Assembly (NCBI GenBank): GCA_963691875.1
Contig: OY829846.1
Coordinates: forward strand, 832,001-896,000
Reading direction: 5' to 3'
Length of the DNA stretch: 64,000 nucleotides
Origin: Aureliella sp.
Lineage (GTDB): Bacteria > Planctomycetota > Planctomycetia > Pirellulales > Pirellulaceae
The position numbers and the translations under genes are program-made. The notes beneath the pieces were generated by a model that saw nothing but the letters and a program-made list of their open reading frames with translations, made no database searches and was not told the origin of the DNA. Shown here piece after piece: positions 38,289-48,893 of this stretch (positions are counted from its first letter, which is position 1; every line of letters begins with the position of its first letter).

Positions 38289-39422
38289 ATGAATCACCGA
38301 CAGCAAGACGCCCATTGGATGCGGAAAGCCCTCGGCCTCGCAAAACAGGGGCAAGGACTCGTTGAACCCAATCCAATGGTCGGCTGCGTACTGGTCACAC
38401 AAGATCAGGTCGAGATTGGAGCTGGATTTCACGAGCGTTACGGAGCCGAACATGCTGAGCCGCGCGCGATCCGGGATGCCATAGAACGCGGAAACGAAGC
38501 CCACCTACCGGGCTGCACGGCTTATGTCACCCTTGAGCCTTGTTGCCATCACGGAAAAACGCCACCTTGCACAAGGGCTCTCTTGGACGCGAAGGTTGCT
38601 CGAGTCGTCGTCGCCATGCAAGATCCATTCGCCGAAGTCGCAGGGCGGGGCCTAAATCTGCTTCGGCAAGCCGGGATGGAGGTCGCTACTGGGATCGAAG
38701 AAGCTAGCGCGCGTGAACTCAACGCCCCTTATTTATTGCGACTGGAGAACGCCAGACCTTGGATCATTGGCAAGTGGGCGATGAGCCTGGATGGAAAGAT
38801 CGCGACGCATCGCCAGGATAGTCAGTGGATCTCTTCGCCCACTAGCCGCGAGTACGTCCATCGCCTGCGTGGTCGAGTTGATGCAATTATGGTCGGGATC
38901 GACACGGCACTTGCTGACAATCCGATGCTCACGTGTCGATCCGAGAAGCCGGCTCAACGCATTGCGCATCGTGTTATTCTAGACTCTCGGGCTCGCCTGC
39001 CGGTTGAATCCAAGCTGGCTCAAACTGCTAAGGATGCTCCAGTGACGCTTGTCGTTGGTCCAGATGCATGCCAAGACAACTGCTCCAAACTCAATTCGCT
39101 TGGTGTAGAAATCTTCACCGTTGAAGAATCTGCTGCGTCTGCGCGTCTGCAAGTCGCTTTGCGGAGTCTGGCTACCGAGAAGGGGACCACCAACTTACTG
39201 TGCGAAGGCGGCGGCGGAGTGCTTGGTTCATTGCACGACGCGGGCATGCTCGATGAGCTAGAAGTATTCATTGCTCCCAAGCTCATCGGAAATCAGAACG
39301 CCATCAGCCCCATTGGGGGCGCAGGCATAGGATTCGTTTGCGATAGCGCCACTTATCAGCTGGCCGACCACGAACTGCTTGAACAAGACATCCACACCCG
39401 CTACCGCCGCCATCACCCTTAG
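38289..39422 (+). CDS. ribD: Bifunctional riboflavin biosynthesis deaminase/reductase
   Basis: PNPMVGC, HAE, TLEPCCHHGKTPPC, KWAMSLDGKIA and CEGGG. Confidence 0.97.
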   Translation: MNHRQQDAHWMRKALGLAKQGQGLVEPNPMVGCVLVTQDQVEIGAGFHERYGAEHAEPRAIRDAIERGNEAHLPGCTAYVTLEPCCHHGKTPPCTRALLDAKVARVVVAMQDPFAEVAGRGLNLLRQAGMEVATGIEEASARELNAPYLLRLENARPWIIGKWAMSLDGKIATHRQDSQWISSPTSREYVHRLRGRVDAIMVGIDTALADNPMLTCRSEKPAQRIAHRVILDSRARLPVESKLAQTAKDAPVTLVVGPDACQDNCSKLNSLGVEIFTVEESAASARLQVALRSLATEKGTTNLLCEGGGGVLGSLHDAGMLDELEVFIAPKLIGNQNAISPIGGAGIGFVCDSATYQLADHELLEQDIHTRYRRHHP

Positions 39423-39523
39423 CTTGCGGAGGCTGGGCAAGCCCCGCTTAACGCATGGCCGGCCCCGTGGAGATTCCTCCCTCCATCCGGAAGTAGCAGG
39501 AGTGGCAACAGCCGATAAAACGA

Positions 39524-40585
39524 CTACTTGCTCTTGAGCAGTTCAACCATGGCCTTGCCCATCGCTTCACCAACATTCATGTAGGTTTCTGCGTTTCCAC
39601 CATAGTGGCTGTTGGAAGCACCACCTTTCGAGAGCGGGTGGGTGTAGACACTGGCAACGTTGCCAGCATACTCAGGGTACTTCCCAGCCTTTCCATCGAC
39701 AGAAAGCTGTGCGTTGAGGATCAGTCCCTCGTTGCCTTCGGCACCTTTCTCCGTTTGGCCAAGTGTCGCGCAGACGAACTTCGCGTCAGGAGCATCAAAG
39801 TCCTTTCGCAGCTGATGAATCAGCTGCACCAAGTTCTTTTCGTATTGGGCGGCATGTCCGGCGTTGTACCGATCCTTGTCACCTTGCCAAAAGAAGAAGC
39901 CTGCAATCTCATAGCTAGTTGCGTCCGGATAGTATTTGCCTAGATCTTCCAACACTGCCTTGGCTCGAGCGATATCCCCGTCATACTGCATGCCCGCATA
40001 CCAAGTGATAGGCTTCGGCTCAGAACCAACTTCCCACTTCAGTGGCGATTCTTTGTAGCCAGCGTAGTGAAACTTCTTGTCCTTTTCGACGAACTCGAAA
40101 GAGTCGCTGCCGGGAGGCAGGAGGTCCCATCCCAAGCTACGATTGCCAATGCAACTTTTGAGAATCATCACGGGTGCATCCACTGCCTCGCCGACATGAT
40201 GACCGATTCCGAATTCGGGCCCGATCTTACCGCCCTTGATTGTCATCCACTCGTTATTGAAATGACGACTTCCTCCAGTTCCACTGCCCATCACGCGGAC
40301 ATTGCGCACATCTTTCCGAACGGTCCACTCTCCGTTGGCATCGACCAAGTAGGGGTAAAGACCTTTCTCGCTCACCGCATTACGCAATGAACCTTCTGGC
40401 TTCTTGCCACCTTCGACTTTTCCAGCTCCCAACATGTTGGACTGGCCAAGCAGGATGAACACCTGAACGGGCTTGGTGACATCTCCTGGTTTCCCATCGG
40501 GGTCTGGTAGCTCATGCGCGAAGAGACTTGCGTAGGGGAAAAATAAAAGAGCAAGGCAAACTTGACGAACGCATAGTTGAAGCAT
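39524..40585 (-). CDS. Sialate O-acetylesterase-like (SASA/SGNH) carbohydrate esterase
   Basis: Signal peptide; VFILLGQSNM, IGPEFGIG, FFWQGDKD and SHY. Confidence 0.82.
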   Translation of the reverse strand: MLQLCVRQVCLALLFFPYASLFAHELPDPDGKPGDVTKPVQVFILLGQSNMLGAGKVEGGKKPEGSLRNAVSEKGLYPYLVDANGEWTVRKDVRNVRVMGSGTGGSRHFNNEWMTIKGGKIGPEFGIGHHVGEAVDAPVMILKSCIGNRSLGWDLLPPGSDSFEFVEKDKKFHYAGYKESPLKWEVGSEPKPITWYAGMQYDGDIARAKAVLEDLGKYYPDATSYEIAGFFFWQGDKDRYNAGHAAQYEKNLVQLIHQLRKDFDAPDAKFVCATLGQTEKGAEGNEGLILNAQLSVDGKAGKYPEYAGNVASVYTHPLSKGGASNSHYGGNAETYMNVGEAMGKAMVELLKSK

Positions 40586-41299
40586 GAATTATCCTTATGA
40601 GATTAATCGAGAAGAGATGACATGGGAAGGTTCCAGTGATGTTTCTAAGAGATCGCATGGAAGCCTATTATTGTACCTCGATAATCACAACAAAGATGGC
40701 CGAACGCTGCGAAAGCTATAGCAATCGTTGTTTCAATCAGCGTATTTTCGAATCTCGAAGCGTTTACTTGGGATCAGATTCTTCCCGAGCTCAGCTTTAG
40801 CCCCCCAATGAATATCAAACCAAGAAAGCCGCCGGCAGCAAAGAAACAACTTGCAGGTATATCCAGAAGCTTGAAAGCCTCTTGTTTGGTTGCGCCATTC
40901 GACGCCTATGACCGCCGGCGATTCGTAAGGATCGAGCTCCATCGAGAATGTCATCCTCCAAGGAGCCCAAATTTTCAAGGACCAATAAAGCTTCTTCGGA
41001 TAGTAGGGCGATTGGTGCCACAGTCGTCTGCATTGTTTTAGACAGAGTCGCATCTGTTGGCACTGCACGAATTCACACGACCAACTACCTGGAGCTAAAC
41101 GCAATGTGATTTATCTGGGAGTTAGCAGCCAGCGCCTATGTCGTGCTCACCACCTACTGGTATTCCACGTAAATTACCGTTGCGGGGTGTGCCACGCTTC
41201 GAATCATTGAGACTCTGGACTTACATCGGCTCACAAGTGTCTGCTTACCGACGACACAACCACTTCAAGAGTTCCAAAATCTCGTCACCAGGAAGCAAT

Positions 41300-44200
41300 C
41301 TACTCTCGCTCGATACGGACGCGAGCTCGGATACCATCATTCACGAATGTGATTCCGGCAGCTGCTGATTTCACATTTCGATACACCGGCGGAATCGAGT
41401 GGCCAGGCGTAATCGCTTCGCCGGGAGGCCCGTAATGCGTAGCTTTAATTGATCGCAATGACTCGTCCCATTCGTATCCACTTCCATCAACAGCAATCAA
41501 CTGCTGATGCCACATTTGATTGTACAACTCAACGGAGTCTCGCTGGGGCATATGCTTCCTCCACTCGTTGAGAACCGGAACATTGCACCAGCTCGGATAG
41601 ATCAGCTCTCGCTGAAAATCTCGTTTGAAAATCTTTTCGAGCAAATCCGTGAACTCATCTGAAATCTTGACGTTCATGTGATCGCCAAGCCAATTTTCTT
41701 TATCCTGCTTCGCAAAGACGACTCCACTCCCGCTCTGCTCCCGGTCAATGGCACGATGTACCACGTCAAGATTTGGAGAAAGCAATAAGACGCGGCCAAC
41801 CAGAACTAGATGCACATCGATTTCCTGCCCGAAGTCGCCATTCTTGTAACTAAGAATCTTTCTCTTCTTGTAACTTGAATCGCTCCAAACGCCATCTCGA
41901 TGACCAAAAACATTGGAGAGATTCCGCAGGAACTCGAACAACTTGTCTTCATCCTTCCCCTCTCGTAATTCTATTGTGAGTCCGAACGGGAGCTGCTCAA
42001 AATCGTACCAGTCCTCTGGGAGATCATTGATCGCTTCGTCCCAGTCGACAAAAAGACTAGCTGTTTCACCAAGCCAATCCATCGCTTTATCCATCACCTC
42101 ATGCTGCGTACGGATACTGGACACCAAGATTTCCTTTGCAAAGGAATTTAAAGAAGCAGCCATGTGAACTACCGTCTCTTCATGCGGATCAGCCCCCGAG
42201 GGATCAATCTTTGCCGGACTCAGAATCTGCTTCACCAACGAGTACTGACTGCCGGCAATCAGAGGCATCACAGTAAGATCAAAGTCCAGTGTCTGATCAA
42301 GTTCAAAGTTGAGTGCGATAGGGTCGAAGGCACCGCGCAAACGACGCTGATACGAATCACGCCATGCTGTGTAGGATGCCTTCTCTTCTGCACTAACATG
42401 CGTGAGTGGCAGATCAATCAAAGGAGTCAAATCGCCTGCAGCGCCGAAAGTTTCACTCCGGGCTCGATGGTTCTCGACCGTGATTTTACCAACTAACGCC
42501 TGAAATCTCTGAAAGTTCAAAGAGGGATGTTTCTCCGGATCTATCAGCATGGATTGGTGATATGTGTCAGCTTGCAGAGCTCCCAATGCCCCACGAGCGT
42601 GCAATCGTCGCGAGTTAGCGATCCTCATTCGAGGTCCGCACCATCGACGAATCGTCGCATCGGAAATTACCAGTAGTCCCTTACTTCTGTTCTCATTGCT
42701 GATCGGGTAAAGTTTTCGAAAGTACCGGTACTCTGGCTCTGTCGCCAACGAGAACTTCGCTCTAGCAGAGTCCCTGACAATAGCGGCCAAGCGTTTAAGT
42801 TGTCCCAGCGAGTTCGTTACTGCAACATATCCTTGGGCCGCGACTAGATAACTATTGAGCTTGCCATCGTCGCTTGAGAAATATTGGTAAGTGAGGCCCT
42901 CTACATTGCCGCTAGACTTGTTGACTGAGACACTTCGTTTCGCAGCTGAAAGTGTAATTTGAGCTTCTAGCAACTGTTGAAGTGCTTGCGATTCCTTCGG
43001 TTCGAGCAGTAAAGCAACGTCTGTGCCAAGATCAAAGTATGGATCGCTGCCGGTCACAGCCACACTCTTGATCAATTGCGGACCAAGCATTTCTGCTAGA
43101 TCGTTCATCGAGAGGCCAAGCTCCGTCTGATAGCGGGCGAATAGTTCCGCACCATTGCCTTCCATTTGCAGCAGCCGCATAACTGTTGCGGCATCCACTT
43201 GGAAACGAGTAATTGTCTGCAGAAGAGCTCGAAAGTTGGAGAAGAAGAATGCGTGCTGGTCATGCGGAATGAACTCAGCGAGGGCATCCGTCTTCGGGTT
43301 GATGTCTCGCGTTAACTCACTCCAGTCGTATCCAGCGATAGTGATTCCTGGTATCGATTCCACCGGCATGACTGCGTTCTCTTTGCTGGCTTGCCGCAGG
43401 ATACGATCAAGCTGCAAGTTCTCGACAAAGGCAGTTGAACCGGTGAACATATCAAAGGAGCGTTCGTACCCCGTCGCTCGAGTCAATTCTTGATTGGTCT
43501 CGTCAAAAACTTCCTTCTGCTGTTGAACTTGACGTAATACCCGCAACGCATAGTTGGCACGAGCTCGAAACCAAGCTGTACCAGCTAAGTTCTTTTCCGC
43601 TTGCCAATTGTAGTCGCTGGCCATAACTTGAAAGAAACTACTCAAGCTGCCTTTGTCGGAACTCCAGGACTTCTTGGGGATCGCAAACGCGTACTTGTTC
43701 ATAGACTTGCCATCCTGTGAAGGACAAAAGATCGTTCCACGCGTGTCCTTGGCTTCGCGAATCCTTCCGACCACAATCACTCGCCCATCCAATCGATGGG
43801 CGGTGTTTCGGCTCAAGTACACTTCGCCGACACCCTGCAATTTGACTTGCACCCAAATCCAATCTCCGTCGCCTGTCGCGCGATTAAACATCTTTTGAAT
43901 GTTACGGCGAACAGCGTCGCCATCTACATTTTCGAACTTGATATCTCGCAAGAATCCGGAGAAGTACACATACTCGTTCGGCGGAAGAATCGATGGGTCA
44001 ATCTCAATCCCATTGTTCTTCGGCTGATTGGCATTAAACAGAACCGGCCTCGCTTTTGCCAAATCCTTCGTCCTATTCCCCGCGAAGGAGTCCCCTTCGG
44101 CCTTTGTTTTCACGGATACAGATCCTTCCGTGAATGCTCCGGTGCTATTTGACTTTGTGGTCTGCGAAGAAGCTTCCTCATCTGGCCACATAGTGAACGT

Positions 44201-44410
44201 AGCCAGCACACAGGAGACAACGGCGAGAATAGCTGTCATGATTGACGCCCTGCTGAAAGGATGGGAGGTTTGAGCACGAATGGGAACGGTAGGTTGATCT
44301 TGAATGAAGTCGAGTGAATCTCGAAGCTCAGTAACGGACTGAAAGCGATCGTTTGGCGACTTCGCCAACATCTTCTGCAACACCGATGCGAGCTCTGAAT
44401 TATTGGACAA
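41300..44410 (-). CDS. Intact 3' ORF of the disrupted kinase: kinase C-lobe end, TM anchor and large uncharacterised domain
   Basis: 1036 codons open; TM SIMTAILAVVSCVLATFTMW; motifs GSDPYF.LGTDV and ISDATIRRWCGP. Whether it is expressed is unknown. Confidence 0.55.
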   Translation of the reverse strand: MSNNSELASVLQKMLAKSPNDRFQSVTELRDSLDFIQDQPTVPIRAQTSHPFSRASIMTAILAVVSCVLATFTMWPDEEASSQTTKSNSTGAFTEGSVSVKTKAEGDSFAGNRTKDLAKARPVLFNANQPKNNGIEIDPSILPPNEYVYFSGFLRDIKFENVDGDAVRRNIQKMFNRATGDGDWIWVQVKLQGVGEVYLSRNTAHRLDGRVIVVGRIREAKDTRGTIFCPSQDGKSMNKYAFAIPKKSWSSDKGSLSSFFQVMASDYNWQAEKNLAGTAWFRARANYALRVLRQVQQQKEVFDETNQELTRATGYERSFDMFTGSTAFVENLQLDRILRQASKENAVMPVESIPGITIAGYDWSELTRDINPKTDALAEFIPHDQHAFFFSNFRALLQTITRFQVDAATVMRLLQMEGNGAELFARYQTELGLSMNDLAEMLGPQLIKSVAVTGSDPYFDLGTDVALLLEPKESQALQQLLEAQITLSAAKRSVSVNKSSGNVEGLTYQYFSSDDGKLNSYLVAAQGYVAVTNSLGQLKRLAAIVRDSARAKFSLATEPEYRYFRKLYPISNENRSKGLLVISDATIRRWCGPRMRIANSRRLHARGALGALQADTYHQSMLIDPEKHPSLNFQRFQALVGKITVENHRARSETFGAAGDLTPLIDLPLTHVSAEEKASYTAWRDSYQRRLRGAFDPIALNFELDQTLDFDLTVMPLIAGSQYSLVKQILSPAKIDPSGADPHEETVVHMAASLNSFAKEILVSSIRTQHEVMDKAMDWLGETASLFVDWDEAINDLPEDWYDFEQLPFGLTIELREGKDEDKLFEFLRNLSNVFGHRDGVWSDSSYKKRKILSYKNGDFGQEIDVHLVLVGRVLLLSPNLDVVHRAIDREQSGSGVVFAKQDKENWLGDHMNVKISDEFTDLLEKIFKRDFQRELIYPSWCNVPVLNEWRKHMPQRDSVELYNQMWHQQLIAVDGSGYEWDESLRSIKATHYGPPGEAITPGHSIPPVYRNVKSAAAGITFVNDGIRARVRIERE

Positions 44411-45429
44411 GGCCTTGCACTCGGAGGTGAGGCTTGCTTGTGCTTTTCAAGCAACTCTTCACTTGTCCCGAAAAAGAGAGGTCTGCCCATCAAAAGAAAA
44501 TACAGCGTAGCACCTAGAGAGTAGATATCTGCGCGACAATAGACGCTCGACGTGCCCATCGCCTGCTCCGGCGATATGTATTCCGGCGTGCCCACAATGC
44601 GACCAGTATGCGTCAAACCAGAGTTTTGGCTGACTGTAGCCGTACAGCCTTGATCATCGCCTAACGACGCGATACCAAAGTCTAAGATTGTCACGTGTAC
44701 TTGTCTCTGATCGCCTCGGGAAACCATCAGATTGTGCGGCTTGATATCCCGATGCACCATGCCTTAGCGATGAGCGACTTCGAGGCCAAGGCACACTTGT
44801 CGCAAGCATTCCAAGGCATCCTTTATCGACAGTGGTCCCTGACGCTTGACGTAGGAAGCGAGGTTTTCACCCTCGATGTATTCCATAACGAAGAAGTGCA
44901 CACCAGAGCATTCTTCCGCGTCAAAGGCAGCCACAATGTTCGGGTGGGAGAGTCTCGCGGCTGCTTTGACTTCACGTTGAAAACGCAGCACCGCTTCTCG
45001 CTGCTGCAGCCGCTTCCGCCATCGTGGGGCATTCAAGAATTTGATGGCAACTTCACGGTCCATCAGTCGGTGGCGAGCAAGAAACACATCCCCCATACCA
45101 CCGCGTCCGATCGACTCCAACAATTCATAGCGGGGATGATCGCTCAGAAGCTCCAGCGCCTTGGTTCCGCTGCTCGATGCCGAAATAGCCCGCGAAGCAG
45201 TCGTCCTGCAGTCAACCGGGACTTCTTGCTGCTTCAACAGATCCAGCAGCGTATCCTCGCTCTGTAACTCCAGCAGTTGATGCGTGCAGGCGTCACATTC
45301 CAATAGATGATCCGTGACTTCACTTGCTAGAGGCTCTTTCAAGCTACCTGTGCTGAAGGCTGTCAGCACTGCTTTTGGAGGATGCTGGTGGGTGGCAACG
45401 GAAATTGGAAGGCGCGTTTTTCAGCTCAT
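41300..45429 (-). pseudogene. Disrupted Ser/Thr kinase gene (anti-sigma-type Zn finger + kinase + TM + ~950-aa extracytoplasmic domain)
   Basis: ATG-AGC-TGA at 45429; in-frame TAA at 44764-44766 (EVAHR*GMVHRDIKPHN); frameshift at about 44415-44445 between HKQASPP and SELASVLQKMLAKSPNDRFQS. Confidence 0.8.
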
Positions 45430-45583
45430 TTTGCAGAAGGCTATAGTAACAGATGCTGTTAAAGTGCACTTTTCGATGGCTTCTTACAGCAGAAATGAGA
45501 ATTTTGCCCAATTAATTACAACCGCAGAAGCTTGAACGAAGGGACAAATCGCAACCCAACCCCAAGCCTAAAGAAACCTAAGC

Positions 45584-46756
45584 CTAGAGAAACCGGTTGA
45601 CGGTAAGAAATGCGACGTCTTGCTTGGTTCTACCGTGAAGCGATAAGTCGGCGAGCACTTCTCCCAGCACCGAAGCAAACTTGAATCCATGCCCCGAGAG
45701 GCCCGCCGCAAAGTGAACCTGCGGAAACTCGGGATGCTGGTCGACTATAAAATGCTCGTCGGGTGACATGGTGTACATGCACACCTGATGCTTCAACGCC
45801 TCCACTTGCTCGAGTCCCAAATACTCTTCTAAAAACTTTTCGACCCGAGCTTGCTCGGCGCTGTCAACAGATCTTGAAAATCGATCCGGTGACTCGATGT
45901 CCTCTCCGTGACTGTGCTCCGCAACTTTTATCATTCCCCACGTTTCCTCAGTGAGACTCGGGAAGCCGTAATAGTAGCCGTTCGGTGTTTCGTAGAAGAA
46001 AACGGGCGATCCATCCTTGGCTACGTAAGTATCCGGAGGGACAGAATACCAGTGCAAGTGCTTGCGTTTCACTTGCATTTTGACATCGACATCATTAAGG
46101 AGCCGTGAAGCCCAAGCGCCGGCTGCGATAACCAATCGCTCACCACAAAACTCACCCTTGTCCGTCTGAACCTGGACTCTACCATCTTGGGTTGTCCACG
46201 AGAGGACCTTCGTCTCGGCCGCAATGTGGGCGCCAATGCCTTCAGCCGCTCCGCAGTAGGCCGCCACGCAATCTTCAACTAGCAGGTAGCCCCCGTCAGG
46301 CTCGTAAAGACACTTGCAATCCTCGGGCAAAACGAACCCAGGAAATCGCTCGTGAAATTTGGCTGCGGATATCTCTTCGAGCGAGAGCGCGTGGCGTTGG
46401 CAAGCTGACTCGAGGCCTGAGATAAGTGGTCCACCCTGCGGACCGACCTCCATCAGTCCTTGCTCGAACAACAACGTTTTTCCGGTGCGTTCCTCCAGCT
46501 TCCGCCAGTTTTCGTAACCACGTTGAATCAGTGGAACGTAACTCGGATGCTCAAAGTAAGCTTTTCGAATCGCACGCGTTTCACCATGAGAGCTTCCTTG
46601 ATCATGAACGAGTTGAAACTGCTCGATCCCGAGCACATTTGCTCCAGATGCCGCAAAATGGTAGAGCGTCGAACTACCTATGCCCCCAAGGCCCAGCACA
46701 ATCGCATCGTAGAACACGCTCACGGAAGTCACATCATTCGTCTTCGCCTGATCCAT
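45584..46756 (-). CDS. solA: N-methyl-L-tryptophan oxidase / monomeric sarcosine oxidase
   Basis: GLGGIGS, GSSHGETRAIR, CMYTMSPDEHF (flavinylated Cys) and GLSGHGFKF. Confidence 0.9.
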   Translation of the reverse strand: MDQAKTNDVTSVSVFYDAIVLGLGGIGSSTLYHFAASGANVLGIEQFQLVHDQGSSHGETRAIRKAYFEHPSYVPLIQRGYENWRKLEERTGKTLLFEQGLMEVGPQGGPLISGLESACQRHALSLEEISAAKFHERFPGFVLPEDCKCLYEPDGGYLLVEDCVAAYCGAAEGIGAHIAAETKVLSWTTQDGRVQVQTDKGEFCGERLVIAAGAWASRLLNDVDVKMQVKRKHLHWYSVPPDTYVAKDGSPVFFYETPNGYYYGFPSLTEETWGMIKVAEHSHGEDIESPDRFSRSVDSAEQARVEKFLEEYLGLEQVEALKHQVCMYTMSPDEHFIVDQHPEFPQVHFAAGLSGHGFKFASVLGEVLADLSLHGRTKQDVAFLTVNRFL

Positions 46757-48677
46757 CCGTTGTGGATGTCACATGCTTGGAAACGAACTCCTTGATCAAA
46801 GCCCGCGGAATTGCATAACTCCGAACACGACTGTTTCGGGCGATATTCAGCCCGATGAAGTTGCCTTCCAGATCAAAAATCGGACCTCCACACTTCTCCG
46901 GACGCAAATCAGCATCATGCGAAATCACACTTGAGAATCCATCACGTCTGAAGCTCTTCTTCATCACATCTGCTGCGTGCCGAGATGGAGGTGCGCTTCC
47001 CAGTGTGATCGTCTTCTCTAGCTCCTCTTCACCCCTAAGGATGGTCGCTACGACGGTCATGTTGGCTTCAACCTTCTTCCGAAGGAAGTTCACCAACGAT
47101 AGATGGGTCGTAATTTCGGTATCGTTCATCTTTTTGATGATGTCACCAGTTTTCAGGCCAGCTCGCTTAGCGGCTCCTTGATCAACGCTTTCCAAATAAG
47201 CGCCTTGATTCTTCTCATGAGTTCTCGGCCTAACACCAAGATAGCCGTAACTCCGTTGTTTCTCGGACTTAAAGACCACAGTACTCCATACGCTGACGAT
47301 GCCGGACCCTACCGGATCAGGAGTCAGAAGGAAACGCCCAACCAGTGGTCCGTCCCCCAGATCCTTGGCTAACTCAATACCCACCGTGTTCTCCTTAGGC
47401 AATCGAAGCAGCACCAGGTCATTTGCAGTGTCCCGCTCGACCACTTCCAAGGCAAATTCTTCTTCACCATCCACCACAATTGGATTCTCAGCGACCATTG
47501 AATTCTTGGAGATAAGCAGATCGCTACCTTCGACCAAAGTACCAATGATCTTCTGAGATTTCCCATTCGCATCACTGGTAATGTTGACGCAAAAGTCATC
47601 CAGATCAGATTCCATGTCAGAGAACTGCCGTGCAAGGCTGGCGAGTTGCTTGTAGCCAACAGGCTCAGTCAACTTCATTTCTTCGTAGTCAGGAAAGTCG
47701 GCATCTGGGGCAGGCTCTCGTTGGACGTCAAATGGAGCCTTTAAAGTCAATTCCTCTTCACCACGCACTACTTTAAGCTCGATCTCTTTCGCTCCCTCAT
47801 CGCGCGCTGCCGCAAGAGCCTCGCGTAATGACTTGATGTCGGGAGTGTCCTTGTCATAAACGGAAGTCAAAAGGTCCTTGACTTGAAGTTTCGCAATAGA
47901 AGCAATCGATCGAGGCACCACACGTGTCAATCTCAGGCCGGCAGGTTCAGTTTCCTCATTAGAATAGATCCCAAGCATCGGCAACGGAGGCATACCGGCT
48001 TGTGTGAAAACTCGATCAGCGTTCAGCTCATTCCAGTACTCACGATACACATCAATCGGCACTTCGTAGTTCCGACTCATGCTGGTACTAATCCGCGAGT
48101 GAATACCGATCACTCGACCATCCAGATCGAACAGCGGCCCTCCCGAATCACCTGGTTCCATCAGAGCCGTCGATTGCAGGGTAGGACGCGAACTACGGCT
48201 TCCACGAAGATAGCGACCAAAACGCACCAGCGGGCCGCTTCTGGTTCCTTGACCGCCGGGAAAGGCCAGACTAAGAACAGGCTGATTCGCTACCAATGTT
48301 GAAGATTCACCCATTTGAGCGTACGGGATCTCCTTATCCTTCAAATCAGTGATCTGAATCAATGCACAGTCGGCTTGCGGATTGGAGCCCTTTCCCTTGC
48401 CTCGAAATCTACGGCCATCAGGAAGAATTATCCTGTAGTCGGCTCCAGGTTGCACCGCATGAGCAGCGGAGAGCACATGACCGGTCTTACTCACGATGAC
48501 ACCGCTAAACATACTGCCGCCTCTTGAAATTGAGACGACCGCTGGACGCACTTGCTCGATCGTTTCGAATATCTCAGACTGCAACGCCTCAACGTCTAGC
48601 TCTTGCGAAGTGCTTACTGATCCGCAGGCGACGACGAGCAAACAAGCACCAATGTATCGAATTGCTTTCACAACCAC
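46734..48677 (-). CDS. S1C (HtrA-like) serine protease with two protease-like and two PDZ domains
   Basis: First domain has the triad LSAAH / DCAL / GDSGGP. The second is degenerate (DLVLL…EKCGGP). PDZ motifs MLGI and YLGV. Confidence 0.85.
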   Translation of the reverse strand: MVVKAIRYIGACLLVVACGSVSTSQELDVEALQSEIFETIEQVRPAVVSISRGGSMFSGVIVSKTGHVLSAAHAVQPGADYRIILPDGRRFRGKGKGSNPQADCALIQITDLKDKEIPYAQMGESSTLVANQPVLSLAFPGGQGTRSGPLVRFGRYLRGSRSSRPTLQSTALMEPGDSGGPLFDLDGRVIGIHSRISTSMSRNYEVPIDVYREYWNELNADRVFTQAGMPPLPMLGIYSNEETEPAGLRLTRVVPRSIASIAKLQVKDLLTSVYDKDTPDIKSLREALAAARDEGAKEIELKVVRGEEELTLKAPFDVQREPAPDADFPDYEEMKLTEPVGYKQLASLARQFSDMESDLDDFCVNITSDANGKSQKIIGTLVEGSDLLISKNSMVAENPIVVDGEEEFALEVVERDTANDLVLLRLPKENTVGIELAKDLGDGPLVGRFLLTPDPVGSGIVSVWSTVVFKSEKQRSYGYLGVRPRTHEKNQGAYLESVDQGAAKRAGLKTGDIIKKMNDTEITTHLSLVNFLRKKVEANMTVVATILRGEEELEKTITLGSAPPSRHAADVMKKSFRRDGFSSVISHDADLRPEKCGGPIFDLEGNFIGLNIARNSRVRSYAIPRALIKEFVSKHVTSTTDGSGEDE

Positions 48678-48893
48678 TCCTCACCGAAATAAATTTTTTT
48701 CTTCTATCATAGAGCATCGGCAATCAAAGCTCACGCTTTTTACGTCGGGAAAATGGGTGGGGGATCGCTCAACCTGAAGAATTCTCAAGTTTCGCGATAC
48801 ACCGAGCGGCCTGGACAAACTCTACAGGCTGGAGCGATACGGCACTCTGTCATCAAACAAACTCTGTTAGCCTGGATTTGATGGCAGCATCGC

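Noticed and set aside
44764..44766. Programmed readthrough or recoding of the kinase stop codon
   Set aside because: The codon is TAA, which ends normal genes here (e.g. guaB). The gene also has a TGA and a frameshift, so decay or sequence error is simpler.
14405..46756. Functional link between fae and the formaldehyde-releasing solA-like oxidase
   Set aside because: The genes are about 30 kb apart with unrelated genes between them, so there is no positional evidence.
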